Shown here piece after piece: positions 11,977 to 24,460 of a stretch of 64,000 nucleotides of DNA. This DNA is from Ginglymostoma cirratum (taxonomy: Eukaryota). Below the pieces are notes generated by a model. That model was not told the origin of the DNA and made no database searches. It saw nothing but the letters and a program-made list of their open reading frames with translations. Where the stretch lies: NCBI GenBank assembly GCA_024137785.1, contig JAHRHZ010000085.1, positions 2,767,494 to 2,831,493 on the forward strand. Reading direction: 5' to 3'. The stretch's first letter is position 1. Every line of letters starts with the position of its first letter. Both the position numbers and the translations under genes were made by a program.

Positions 11977-12897
11977 GTAAGATTCTCACATTGACAATAA
12001 TCATTTGAATAGGATGCGTGCTTGATATAGAGGACTGTCTTGTTTTACTGGCCTGTAGTATGTCATTCTTAATGAACTGAGTTTGAAAGATGCCACTATG
12101 TTCATTGCGGTGCAAAGTACAACTCAGGTGGTGCAGGACAATGTGGCACTTTTAAGCTTCATTTGAGTGTGGTTATTGAACATTTCGTCTGCTCTGAATA
12201 GGGCATATTTCACTCTGATGTGAAGAGGGTTGTTCCCAAGTCCTGTGATGATTTGTAGAGTTTTGTTAGGAATTTTGATGATTGAAAATTGAGTGCTGAT
12301 CTTGAGGTTACAAAATACATGTGTGCATAGAGAATGAGCCATCAGGTAATGCACATGAACCCAAAAAACTGAGAGTTATTTTGTCAGAAAATCTAAACTG
12401 CAGCTTACTGTGGTGAAGTTATAGTCAAAGTAGATCTTAAATAAGCAACATAGCGATAAATTAATCAAGAAGTGCAGGGAGCCACAGGGATCAGTGCTGG
12501 GGCATCTGCTGTTCTTGACCTACATAAATGATTTGGAGGAAAACGTAGCTGGTCTAATTAGTAGGCTTGCAGATAATACAAAGATTGGTGAAGTTACGGA
12601 TAGTGAGGAGGATTGTCAGAGGATACAGCAGGACACACATCAGTTGTAGGCAGAAGCAGAAAAATGGCAGATGGAGTTTAATCTGGCAAAATGTGAGGTG
12701 ATGCATTTTGGAAGGTCGAGTTCATAAGATAAGATGTCAGGGCAGAATTAGACTATTTGGCCCATTGAAGTCTGCTCCGTCATTTGATATGGCTGACATG
12801 CTCCTCACTCCTATCTTCCTGTCTTCTCCCCATAGTCCTTCAACCCATCACTGATTAAGAACCTGTCTCACACCTCATTAAATTTACTCACTGTCCC

Positions 12898-13683
12898 TGT
12901 TAGGTTCGTTTTTGGAGACCCTCACGGACTTGATGCAATAACAAGACACTGACCTGTTTAGAAAAACACAAATCCTTTATTACAAAGCAAGTACAAGCTG
13001 TGGAGGATCACTGTACTCAACCCGGCACAGAGTGCAGAGTCTCGTAAGCGATTATCCCCGAGGAGTGGACAGTCCCCACTTCTTGTACCTTATCGAGTGC
13101 GCAGTACATAAAGCAATTTTACATCTCACAATGGCATGTTACATGAAACAATCACTACATTGGACAATGACATGATAACACAAACAATTACTACATCGAA
13201 AACATAAAGAGAGCAGGATGCAGTATCGATTGTTCGCAAAGTGACTGCTAACAGCAGGAGGCGATTTCAAGTTGCCGAAGTGACAGAATGCAATTTCAAG
13301 CTTCCGAAGTGTCTGGCTTGAACAAAGGTCTGTGTCCTGGCCCCTTCAGCAGAAACAGAAGTTACATTCTTTACAGGATTTCAGAAGCCTTACACCTTTA
13401 CAAACGTTGCCACCTAATCTTATTTGAGACAGCTTCCACGTACCCCTGTGCAGGAAAATAAAGATTTACAAAGTTTATCCCTAATTCTATTCAGGCAGGA
13501 AGGTTAAGGTAGTGTCTTTCCTACTTATGTATAGGAAGATAAGGATTTACAAAGTTTTACACCTAATTCTAGTTGGGCAGGTTGTTTTAAGGCAGTGCCT
13601 GCATACCTCTGTGTAAGCAGATAAAGAGCACTAATTTATAGAGAATATAGAAATCAATGGGATGTTATCACAATAACATCTCA
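12898..13683 (-). mobile_element. Solo LTR inserted in a CR1 copy
   Basis: TG...CA ends; 4-bp TSD TCCC (12894-12897, 13684-13687); CR1 sequence resumes across it; minus-strand AATAAA near 12976; internal direct repeats at about 13460-13520 and 13545-13600. Confidence 0.75.
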
Positions 13684-14264
13684 TCCCAGCATCCACTGCA
13701 CTTTGGGGTAGTGAATTCCACGGATTCACAACCCTTTGGGAGAAGTAGTTTCTCCTCAATTCTATTTTAAATTTGCGACCCCTTATCCTAATACTATGCT
13801 GTCTCATCCGAGAATGCCTCACAAGAGGAAGCATCTGCTCCATGTCCATTTTATCTATACCTTTTATCATTTTGAATACCTCAATTTGATCTCCCCTCAT
13901 TCTTCTAAATTCCAGAGAGTTTCGGTTTAATCTGTTCAATCTCTCTTCATATGACAAATTCCTCATCTCTGGAATCAATCTCATGAACCTCCTTTGAATT
14001 GCCTCCAATGCTACTTCATCTTTCCTCGACTAAGGGGACCAAAACAGTGCACAATACTCCAGATGCAGTCTCACCAATACCTTGCCCAGTTGCAAAAATA
14101 CTTCCTTACTTTTATATTCTATTCCTCGAGCTATAAATGCCAAGATTCCATTCACTTTCCTTATTATCTGCTGTACTTTCATGTTAGTTTTCTGTGACAC
14201 GTAAATGAGCACTCCCGAATCCCTCTGCACCCGAGCACCTCAAAGTCCCTCCCCATTTAGATAA

Positions 14265-14630
14265 TCATAGAATCGTAGAATCATAAGATCATAGAATCCC
14301 TGCAGTGTGGAAACAGGCAATTCAGCCCAACAAGTCCACACTGCCCCTGTGAAGAGGATCCCACCCAGACCCATTCCCCTATCCCTGCATTTCCCATGTC
14401 TAACCTACCTAACCTAAACATCCGTGGGCACTCTGGACAATTTAGCACAGCCAATCCACCTAACCTGCACATCTTTGGATTGTGGGAGGAAACCGGAGCA
14501 CCCTGAGAAACCCACATAAATATAGGGAGAATGTGCAAACTTCACACAGACAGTCACCAAGGCTGAAATTGGACTCGGGTCCCTGGCGCTGTGAGTCTGC
14601 AGTGCTAACCACTGAGCCACTGTGCCACCA
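14265..14630 (-). mobile_element. tRNA-derived SINE (HE1-like); other copies at about 34425-34755 (+) and 51147-51490 (-)
   Basis: GGTGGCACAGTGGCTCAGTGGTTAGCACTG A-box head, GTTTGCACATTCTCCC core, (GATTCTAT)n tail. Confidence 0.8.
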
Positions 14631-15449
14631 AAACAATAATACATTGCCTTCCCATTTTTCTGACCAAAACGCATGACCTCACATTTATCCATGTTAAATG
14701 CCATCTGCCACATTTCGGCCCACTCTCTGAATGCATCTATTTCCATTTGTAAGGTTCTTCTTTCCTCATTGCTATTTCCCGTTCCCCTCTTATTTTTGTG
14801 TCATCTGTAAATTTGGCTATAGAGCCTTCTATCCCTGTGTCCAAGTTGTGAATGGAGATTGTAAATAACTGGAGTCCAAGGACTAACCCTGTGGCAGCCC
14901 ACGAATTACTTATTGCTATCAAGAATAAAACCCATTTATCCCTACTCTCTGTCTTCTGACCATCAGTCAGTCACCCGTCCAAGCTAATAAATTACCCCAA
15001 TCCCAAATAACCCAACCTTGTGAATTAACCTTTTGTGTGGCACCTTATCAAAAGTCTTCCAGAAGTCCAGATATATTAATGTACAGGTTCCCCATTATCC
15101 ACTTTGCTTGTTACATCTTTGAAGAACGCTCGCAAATTAGTCAAAAATGATTTGCCCTTCCTAAAACCATGATGACTCTGTTAGATAACACTTTGACTTT
15201 CCAAATGTCCTGATATTGCTTCCTTGACATTGATTCTAACTTAGCCAACAACAAGGTGTTAAACTAACTGTTCTGTAATTTCCCACATACTGCCTCCCTC
15301 ACATTTTAAATGAGTGCGTTACATTAACATTTTTCCAATCTACTGGAACTATTCCTGTGTCCAGGGAATTTTGGAGTATTGTAACCAATAGATTCACTAT
15401 CTCCACTGCTACTTCCTTTAATACTCTACGATGTAGGCCATCAGGCAGA

Positions 15450-18297
15450 TTAAGAAAAACATTAGTTCTGTAACTAGAGAAGGTATTTCTGAAAAATCGT
15501 CCAATGAAAAATATGGTTTGAAATTGGAAATAAAAAGGGAATGATCACCTTGATGGATTGTACTATAGACCTCCCAATAGTCAGAGGGAAATCGAGGAAC
15601 AAATATGCAGAGATATCTCAGACATATGTAAAAATAATAAGGTTGTAATAGTAGGTGATTTTAATTTTCCAAATAGTGACTGGACCTACCACAGTGATAA
15701 AACTTTGAATGGTGAAGAATTTATTAAATGTTGTCGAGAATTTTTTTTTGATATGTGAATATTCTCACTAGAGAAGGAGCAAAACTAGACCTTCTTTTGG
15801 GTAATAAGACAGTTCAAGTCACAAAGTGACATTTGGGCAACATTTTGTCCAGTGATCATAATTCTATTTGTTTAAAGTAGTCATGTAAAAAGATAAGTCT
15901 TCTATAAAAATAAAAGTTTTCATTTGGTGTATAGCAAATTTTAATGATATGAGAGAAGAACCCTCAAAATTGATTGGAGTAGACTGTTTGCAGACAAAGG
16001 ACAACTGATAAGTGGGAGGCTTTCAAAAATATGATGAGAGTTCAGAGTCATTGTGGTGCTGTCAGAGTGAAAGCTAAAACTGGTGGGATTAAAGAACAAT
16101 GGATGAACAAAGATATTCAAGTTCTAGTCAAGAAAAAAAAATCATTTATTAAGTATAAACAACTGGGTTCAAATGAATGCCTTGAATGGTTCAAAGAGTG
16201 TAGGGGCAATCTTAATAAGGAGATCAGGAAGGTGAAGACAGGATATGAGTTATCCTTGGCAAATAAGATTAGGGATAATCCAAAGAGATTCGACAAGTAC
16301 ATTAGGAGCAAAAGAACAACTGCAGTGATTGTAGGGCCTCTTAAAAATCAAAGAGGTTGTCTTAATGTTTAACTTCAAGAGATGGGAGGAATATTAAATT
16401 AATATTTTGCATTAGTTTTTACTGCAGAGAAAGAAATGGAGCCCAGAGAACTCGGGGAAATAAAGACTGAAGTTTTGAAAACAGTTCACGTGACAGAATA
16501 AGAAGTATTAAAAATAAAAAAGGTAGATAAATCTCCGATTATCCTGGGACTTTGTGGGAAGTTAGGGAAGAAATTGCGGGGGCCTTCACAGAAATATTTG
16601 TATCATCAATGAAGTTGGGTGAGGTGCTGCAAGACTGGGCAGTAGTTAACGTTGAGAGATAATAGATACTGCAGATGCTGGAGAATCTGAGATAACAAGG
16701 TGTGGAGCTGGATGAACACAGGCCAAGCAGCATCATAGGAGCAGGAAAGCTTGACGTTTCGGGCCTAGACCCTTCATCAGAAATCCATTTCTGATGAAGG
16801 GCCTAGGCCCGAAACATCAAGCTTTCGTGCTCCTATGATGCTGCTTGGCCTGCTGTGTTCATCCAGCTCCACACCTTGTAATCTGAGTAGTTAACGTTGA
16901 GTGTTTATTTAAGAAGGGATGGAAGGAGAAGTTTGGGAACTATAGACTTGCGAGTCTAACTTCGGTGCTAAGTTGTTGGAAGTGATTCTGAATTATAGCA
17001 TTTATACAAATCTGGAGAGGCAAGGAATGATTAGGGATAGTCAGCATGGTTTTGTGGAGGAAAAAGTGTGCCACAAACATAATTGAGTTTTTTGAGGAAG
17101 TAATCGAGAAGAAGGTTGAACAAGGGCAGATGGATAGACATTGTTTACTTGGACTTTAGTAAAGCCTTTGACAAGATTCCATATGGTAGACTAATTAGTA
17201 AAGTTTGATCACAGGGATTCAAAGTGAGCTAGATAGAAAATTGCCTTAATAGCAGAAGACAGAGTGTGATGGTGGAGGGCTGATTATTGGACTGGAGGCC
17301 TGTGACCAGTGGTGTTCCACTGGGATCAGTGCTTCTGTTTGTTGTTTATCTAAATTATTTAGATGAGAATACACAAAGCTTGGTGAGTAAGTTGGCGGAT
17401 GACACCAAGATTAGTGGTGTACAGGACAGTGAAGAAGGTTACCTAAGATTACAAAGAGATCTTGATCAGTTGGGTGAATGGACTGATGAGTGGAAAACGG
17501 AAAAAAATTTGTATAAATACTAGGTATTACATTTTAGTAAAACAAACAAAGAGAAGACTGATACAATTAAAAGTAGGGCCTTGCGCAGCGTTGCAGAACA
17601 GAGAGACCTGAGGATTCAGGTACATAATTCTTTGAAGTTTGCGTCACATATAGAAACGATGGTTTCGAAGGCGTTTTGTATGCTTGCCTTTGTTGCTCAG
17701 ACCTTTGAGTATATGAGCTGGGACGTTATATTTACTTTGTACAGGATGTTGGTGAGGCCTCTTCTGTGTCCAGTTCTGGTCTCCCTGTTACACGCAGGAT
17801 ATTATCAAGCTGGAGAGTGTTCAGAAGGGATTTGCCAAGATGTTGCCAAGAATGGAGGGTTTGAGTGATAAGGACAGGCTGGATAGGCTGGCACATTTTT
17901 CACTGGAGCGTAGGAGGTTGAGAGGTGACCTTACGGAGGTTTATAAAATAAAAAGGGGTATAGGTCAGCTGAATAGCAAGTGTACTTGTCCTAGGCTGGG
18001 GTATTTCAAGACTGGGGGTGTAGTTTTAAGGTCGCAGGAGAAAGATTTTAAAAAAACATTATGAACAACTTTTTTTACACTGTGAGCGGTGTGTAGAATG
18101 AACTTTTTGAGGAAGTGCTGGATCTGGGTACAGTTACAATGTTTAGAAGACATTTAGTTAAATACATGAACAGCAAATGTTTGGAGGGGCATCAGCCAAG
18201 TGCATGCAGGTGGGACTATTTTAGTTTGGAATTATGGTCGGCATAGACTGGTTGGACCGAAGGGTTTGTTTCCATTTTGTATGAAGCCATGACTCTT
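15450..18297 (+). mobile_element. CR1-type LINE, degenerate ORF2 (APE + RT + 3' end)
   Basis: YYRPPNS..VGDFNFP, SGVPLGSVL..KLADDTKI, RRRLRGDLTEVYKI. Confidence 0.88.
16657..16885. mobile_element. Palindromic mini-element with a hammerhead motif on each strand, nested in CR1
   Basis: TSD AGTAGTTAACGTTGAG at 16641-16656 and 16886-16901; minus motif about 16750-16784 with GTC site; plus motif about 16787-16821 with ATC site. Confidence 0.88.
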
Positions 18298-18973
18298 TCA
18301 TAATTGGTGTTCAATTTCATATATTTCCATCCTCCCCAATGCCCTGTGTTAAAATGTTTAATGATTTTCATTTTGAATTATTCTGACCGGCCTGTAGTTA
18401 CTGGACAGAAACCTCTGCACATTTTAACCTGAGATATATTATTTGGCAGCAACCTGCAGTGACAAGGAACAAAATTGAACCCCATGTCATTCACACAATG
18501 ACACCCACCAACGATCAGGACCTGTGTGATGCATTCAATGCCGCTCACTAGAATTTCACAGCCTGCGATTAAATTCCATGTAATTTAGTGTCCACAGTGG
18601 GCAAACAGTCTGTCTGATCGATTTAATTTTCTGCACAGAGGTACACGAATGGGGAGCAGAGCCTTACAGATAGAGAAAACCAGCAGGCATATGTGCACTT
18701 TCATGCTTTGAACAAAAAGAAAAAGACAGGGGAGACAATCACACTGTGGCAATTTGAAAGGGTTCAGGGCCCACTATGACAGCATCAGAATTTAATGACC
18801 ACGGATTCAAAATCTATCTAATTGAAATCTACACTCAGTAATGGTTATCACAAATCTCTTATTGATTGCCATAAAATGGATATGATTCACAAATGGCCTT
18901 GAGAGAAGGAAATCAATTATCCTTCTCTGGTCTGGCCGACATGTATTCCAGGCCAACAGCGAGTTGATGACTC

Positions 18974-19050
18974 CGAGATAATAGGAATTGCAGATGCTGG
19001 AGAATCCGAGATAACAAGGTATGGAGCTGGATGAACACAGCAGGCCAAGC
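18974..19050 (-). mobile_element. Single-arm truncated PLE mini-element
   Basis: TSD TGATGACTC at 18965-18973 and 19051-19059. Confidence 0.75.
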
Positions 19051-19417
19051 TGATGACTCTGATCTGTTTCCAAGAGACACTAGAAATATGGAGCAGTTGC
19101 TTAGTGTCCAATGACATCATCAACCCCTGAGCAACTGAAATGAGAAGGAATCTGTATGATTAAAATATGGCAACTAATAGAATTAAATGTTCATATTAGC
19201 GCAAATAGATCACTTTTATGTTCTTAATTCTTTCTCGGACTTTAGTTTATTCACGCTGCGCAATAATGTTGCAAATTGGAAGGAAAGATAGAATTGCCAA
19301 GTATTCCCTGAGAGATGGTTGCTTTAACATGTGTGTGACGTCTTATCTGACATCGGTTTCCCATTGCAATTTCTGCTCTTTAAGTGCTAACATTCGACTT
19401 GTTCTCCCTTTTTCTAG

Positions 19418-19525
19418 CTACCAGTGACAGTATTTTGCAAAAAGTGGCTGGATGTGCTGTAGCAGGATTATTACTTCTCGTGTTGGTAACTGTTGCGATG
19501 TGTTGCAAATTTAATACAACTAAAG
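19418..19525 (+). CDS. Gene A exon 4: transmembrane exon (uncharged)
   Basis: Polypyrimidine tract + tag|; ATSDSILQKVAGCAVAGLLLLVLVTVAMCCKFNTTK; phase 1-1; donor G|GTAAGA. Confidence 0.88.
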
Positions 19526-21167
19526 GTAAGACTTGTCACAAACTATGTTCAGAATTGGTTTTGATTATTTAGTTACAACTCAATGCTGCGGTGTAAGGTA
19601 GATTGATTAGTCACGTCAGGGGCATAGGTTTCCAAGTACAACAGTTTTGAGATCTTCTTCCCTCTGAAATCCAGTACTCCAATGATAGAAGGGGCTAAAA
19701 CCCAATCTACTCCTCATGCTAATTTCTCTATTCTTGAAAATAAAGATGAAACATATTTCATGCTTGATGGAAGACAGTTATCGGAACTCAGTAAATTAAA
19801 ATCAGCTAATTCTGAATTATAAAACAAACTCATTCTCATTCAATAATAGAAGGGAATGCTACTTTGTTAATTGTGATGAGAATGACCACGTTGCTTGATT
19901 ATAGCATAACTTTAGACTGATATGATTCCAAATGGTGTTTATGAATGAAATTGATCATTGATGAAAATGTTGTTCTCCAATAGGCACCGAGATAACTCCA
20001 GTTAATGCCAAAGATAACAGCCAGTTCGAAGAACAGGTTTGTTTCATGATCATGTTTGTTTTTGAGAAATAGAAAGTTGTTACAGTGTGCAACACACATA
20101 CATCATTATTTCCGGAACCGCCGTGACATCGGAGCAACTCCCGCCAAATCCATCTGTTCCTAATGATGCATTTGCCCTAAGTACATGGTTACATTGTGTC
20201 ACTGTAGATTGGATAGTTATTCAAGAGTATGAAGTGGCATATCCTCACTCAAAGTATAACCTAAACTGTTGGACATATTCAGCAGAACAGGCCAAAGCTA
20301 TGAAGAGAAACAGCTAAAGTATCTGGTGTAAGACCTTTGATCATTTTCCATTAATTGTGCTTTCAACATGTGTTGCCCACATGAAATCGTACATGACGTG
20401 CACACAATGCGTGGTTGCTGTCATTATTCAAGTCTAGCAGCAGTCTTTCTGTTACATTGAATTCTAAAAACTGAGCATTTGGTTTGTTCTTCACCACTCC
20501 AATTCTATGTCTTAGACAAGTGAATTGTGAATGCATATTCACGGAAATGGTTATTCTCCATTTGTCTGTATTGACAAATGGTTTGAAAATTGCCTGCATG
20601 ACACGTATGCCTGGAAGCACATGTTTCAGTGTTAGGTGACAAGGTTTTCAGTGCAGATAAATGGCATCTGGGTGACAAATTGCTCAAGTGAAAGCAATTC
20701 TGATGCAATTTTGGTTTACTGCACTGAGACAGGAGCTTGTTCTTATCTTCCAAGATCAGAGTTGATCACGAACAGAATGAGCATTGGTGATTTAACCCTA
20801 CACTTCACTCAAGTGAGCAAACAAACAATTGCAAGGAAGATAAAGTTATTCGCTTCGATTTCTGTTTCCAAACATCCCAGAGCATGCCAGGTAACAATGT
20901 GGAGTAAGAGGTTATTTTGAAAAGTAAGTTATGGAAAGGAAGTAAACGCCTCAAAAGGGATGTAATAAAAGCTGAAAAGTTGGAGAATATGAATGGTCTA
21001 GCAGTATCTGTGGAGAGAGAAACAGAGCTAACTTTCAAATCTGATATGACATTTGCTGAGAAAGGAAAATGACTATAAAATGATGTTGAAGGTTTTGGAG
21101 TAGATTTGTAGCTCAAGTTGAGTAGATTGAGCTTGTTTTTATAAAATGATGTTTTTGCTGTTGACAG

Positions 21168-21217
21168 ACAGCAGAGGAGACAACGGAACAGGTAGTGGTG
21201 GTGCCAAAGGCAAAAGG
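21168..21217 (+). CDS. Gene A exon 5: short cytoplasmic linker exon
   Basis: Acceptor tttttgctgttgacag|; DSRGDNGTGSGGAKGKR; donor AGG|GTAAAG; supplies the phase 1-to-0 change needed to read the ITIM exon in frame. Confidence 0.65.
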
Positions 21218-21940
21218 GTAAAGCAGTGTGAATGGTGATGAAGGAGTGTTGTAACACCTCTAACTGAGATGTGTGAAAAAGGAAAGAAAAGTGAGCCTGC
21301 AGTACTGACAGCAAAGACAACAAAATACAAAAAGGACACTGTGTAGATATTGTGGTTATAATCCTAGTGGACGGCAGAGGTCATGCTCTCATGGCCTCTA
21401 TAAGGACACAAGAGAGTCCACATGACCATAAACTCCATTGGAAAAGTTGTAATGCAAAATTCTAAAGAAAGTCTGCTGATTGTGAGGTGAATTTTTCCTT
21501 ACATGTATTTGTGTGCGTATCCATTTTTTTGAAATGCTGATGCTTATCAACTTCAAGGAAACATTGATTATGCTAAAATATACCATAAGACACATGTTAC
21601 AATGAGATAATTTAGCTCGTTTATAAACTACAGGAGTGGGGGAGAGCGCAACGGTGGTGAAGAAATGTATTTCATAAAGGCACTGTTCTATTGCTGGCAA
21701 AGATGTTCCTTTAAAGATGACAAATTTATCTGAGTTGTAGCTTAAGCCGGCAATATATTTGACTGAAATTCTAGGGGATAAATACAGTAGTACCGTCAAC
21801 AGTAACAGTATAACCGCAAGGTCAATGCTGTTATCCTTTAAGCCTTTTTTATCCTACTATATATTGTTCGCAATTTTTGATGCTGCACTGTACTTTATAA
21901 CTTAAGACTCAAATGGTGTTTCTATAATATTTCTCTTCAG

Positions 21941-22051
21941 AGAATACAACAAGGAGAGATGGGGCTTCTATCTTATGCTGTACTGAACTTCAGAGAATAC
22001 AAGAGAAGTAGAAAGCACAGAAATAAAGAAGACCGAACTTTGTATGCGACG
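21941..22051 (+). CDS. Gene A exon 6: cytoplasmic exon with ITIM (LSYAVL) and most of an ITSM (TLYAT)
   Basis: Acceptor ttctcttcag|; phase-0 reading RIQQGEMGLLSYAVLNFREYKRSRKHRNKEDRTLYAT; donor ACG|GTATAA. Confidence 0.8.
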
Positions 22052-22191
22052 GTATAACTGTAAAACAAAGCAATGTTTTCTAACTAAGACTGCTCTAACA
22101 CAAGTGCCTATTCCCATTGATGTATATTGAATACCTACAAGAATTAATTTGATAAGCAGCTGTTCTTGACATTTCCTTGTTACTTTTACAG

Positions 22192-22284
22192 ATTAAACAA
22201 GGGACGGAAGTAAATCTGACTTACGTGTCTCTGGATATGACTGATTTGTCAAAACAGCAACAAGGAAATAGACTGCAAATGTGA
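22192..22284 (+). CDS. Gene A exon 7: terminal coding exon with second ITIM (LTYVSL)
   Basis: Acceptor tacttttacag|; IKQGTEVNLTYVSLDMTDLSKQQQGNRLQM*; TGA 22282-22284. Summed exons = 1011 nt = 336 aa + stop. Confidence 0.78.
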   Translation: MKQGTEVNLTYVSLDMTDLSKQQQGNRLQM

Positions 22285-22547
22285 AGATAAGCAAGCCAAA
22301 CAGAGAATCCAGGATTGTGGAAGAAAATCATCCCAGTTTTACTGGGTCGAGCCATCTTCTTGAGCAGATATTATGTCTGCCTGATTGAATTGGGCTTATT
22401 AGAAAACACATTATTGTTTATCAGAAAGGCTGTAAAGAATCAAAGATGCAAAGACAGAAATACGTTCACTTCTGGGCCACTGTGCTCCTTGGATAAGCCA
22501 TACCTGTAAAAGGAAGGAATCTATGTATTGATTATCATCAGTTATAA

Positions 22548-22553
22548 AATAAA
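22548..22553 (+). promoter_or_regulatory. Candidate polyadenylation signal of gene A
   Basis: AATAAA about 260 nt after the stop codon. Confidence 0.45.
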
Positions 22554-23609
22554 TTAAAGACAGTGGATATCCCTTTTGTGCCCACTAGTTGATAACGTTG
22601 GAGAGTTAGATCATCCACCTGAATCCACAGTAATACATTGCAGCCTTGCATTGTACCTTCCACACATAAGAATCAGACCACTCGGCTCAAATGTTCTCTC
22701 CTAGTCTTTCTGCTCCACAGAATCTCCACCCAACCCTGATTAACCTGAATCCACCAAACTATCCTTCTGTACATTTGTGCCTGATGTATCTATCAAACTT
22801 CTCCTTCAGTCTCTCTGTGCTTATCGCAGCTAAAAACCCTACTGATAGAAAATTGCACATACCAAACATTTGCTGTGTGAAGAGATCCTTAACGATTTAT
22901 TGATAGATTTTCAAGTCATAAAATTATAATTCTGGATTATAGTTCTCATCTCACTCTGAAGTCAAAATACCATTTCCACACTTTTCTTTAAATCATTTTC
23001 ATCATTTTAAAAAAAACTGTCAGTTCATCCATTGGCTTTAAAACAAAACATGTGCAGGAAGACAACAATACCACTCAAACCAGTACCTGATTGACTTTTC
23101 CAGAATGCATATAACTCAACTCTTTGAATTGCAAAACGTATCCATCATTTTTTTGCCTGTCGTCAAAGGTGGCATTTTCAAAAAGAGCTGAGGAGAGAAA
23201 TCCAAATATATACTAGACTTTGAGAAAGATACATTCCTTTGTATCTCAGTCTGAACGTATTGGCTATTTAGTCTGTGTCATGAGCCTCGATCCCACAGCT
23301 AGTGGCAAACTCCTAATACCATCTACTCGTCAAAAAATTTAAACATTTTATATTTCAGTTAGACCAGCGTGTTTTCTTTTTCAAACTTGAAGCAAGATGG
23401 GCCTATTTGCTCATTTTCACCACAACGGACAGTCCCTTGATGCCAAGAGTCAATATAATGAAGTCCACTGCACTTCCTCCAGAACAACTATATTCTTCCT
23501 TCTGAAAGGAGACCAGATATCTGTGTACAAAAAATTGAGGGATCAAGTTGATGCAACAAAATGAAGGACACAGACAAAACCAAAAAACCTGAAATATGTA
23601 AACAATCGA

Positions 23610-24460
23610 GAAGGACTTACACAGGCTCGAAGAGCGGACAAACAAGTGGCAGATGGAATAAAATTCGGGAAAATATGAGGCTATGCAGTCAGTTGGGAAC
23701 AATAGAGGCATTGACTCTTTTCTAAAAGGGGAAAGTCATCAAAAATCCAAAGCACAATGGACTTATGAGCCCTAGTTCAGGATTTTCTTAAGGTTAATAT
23801 GCACGTTCAGTTCGGAATTAAGAAGGCAAGTGAAATGTTAGCATTCATTTCAAAGGGGTGAGAACACAACAGCAGGGGTGTAGTGCTGAGGCTGTATGAG
23901 CCTCTGGTCAGACTGCATTGGAATATTGTGAGCAGTCTTTGGTCCCATATCTAAAGAAAAATGTGCTAGAATTTGATTGGGAGGGGGGTACGTAAAAAGC
24001 TCATAAGATTGATCCCAGGAATGAAGGGCATGTCATATGAGGAGTGGTTGAGGACTCAAGATCTCACCTAGTTGGAGTTTAGAAGGATGAAGAGAATCTC
24101 ATTGAAACTTACAGAATACTGAGGTGCCTGGAACATGTGGATGTGGAGAAAATGTTTCCGTTAGTAGGAGGGAAGAGGGCCCAAGGTCAAAACATCAGAA
24201 TGAATGGACGACCCTTTAGAACTGAGATGGGGGAAATTTCTTCAGTCAGAGAGTAGTGAATCTGTGGAATTCACTGCTACAGAAGGTTGTAGAGACTCAG
24301 ACATTAAGTAACTCTAAGACAGTGATAGGTAGCTTCTTGATTCGTGAGGGGATCAAGGTTTATGGTGAGAATGAATGAGAAATCATGATCGAATGGTGGA
24401 ACAGACTCGCTGGGCTAAATGACTTAATTCTCTCCAATATATTATGGTCTGGTGGTCTAA
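23610..24460 (+). mobile_element. CR1-type LINE 3' fragment
   Basis: RT C-terminal and 3' UTR-like sequence (TTCTTCAGTCAGAGAGTAGTGAATCTGTGGAATTC). Confidence 0.75.

Larger units (their letters stand above)
12725..15445 (-). mobile_element. CR1-type LINE 3' part (interrupted by solo LTR and SINE)
   Basis: ORF fragments LEAIQRRFMRLIP..LSYEERL..RRMRGD, KFTDDTKI, WQMAFNMDKCEVM. Confidence 0.85.

Noticed and set aside
14590-14630. tRNA gene
   Set aside because: tRNA-derived SINE head, continuous with SINE body and tail.
21941-22011. Direct TM-to-exon-6 splice (phase 1: ENTTRRDGASILCCTELQRIQEK*)
   Set aside because: Loses all tyrosine motifs; a phase-correcting exon exists at 21168-21217. Could still be a minor non-inhibitory isoform.
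5495-22284. Assigning the symbol SIRPA or NCR3
   Set aside because: Architecture is similar but orthology cannot be established without phylogeny and synteny.
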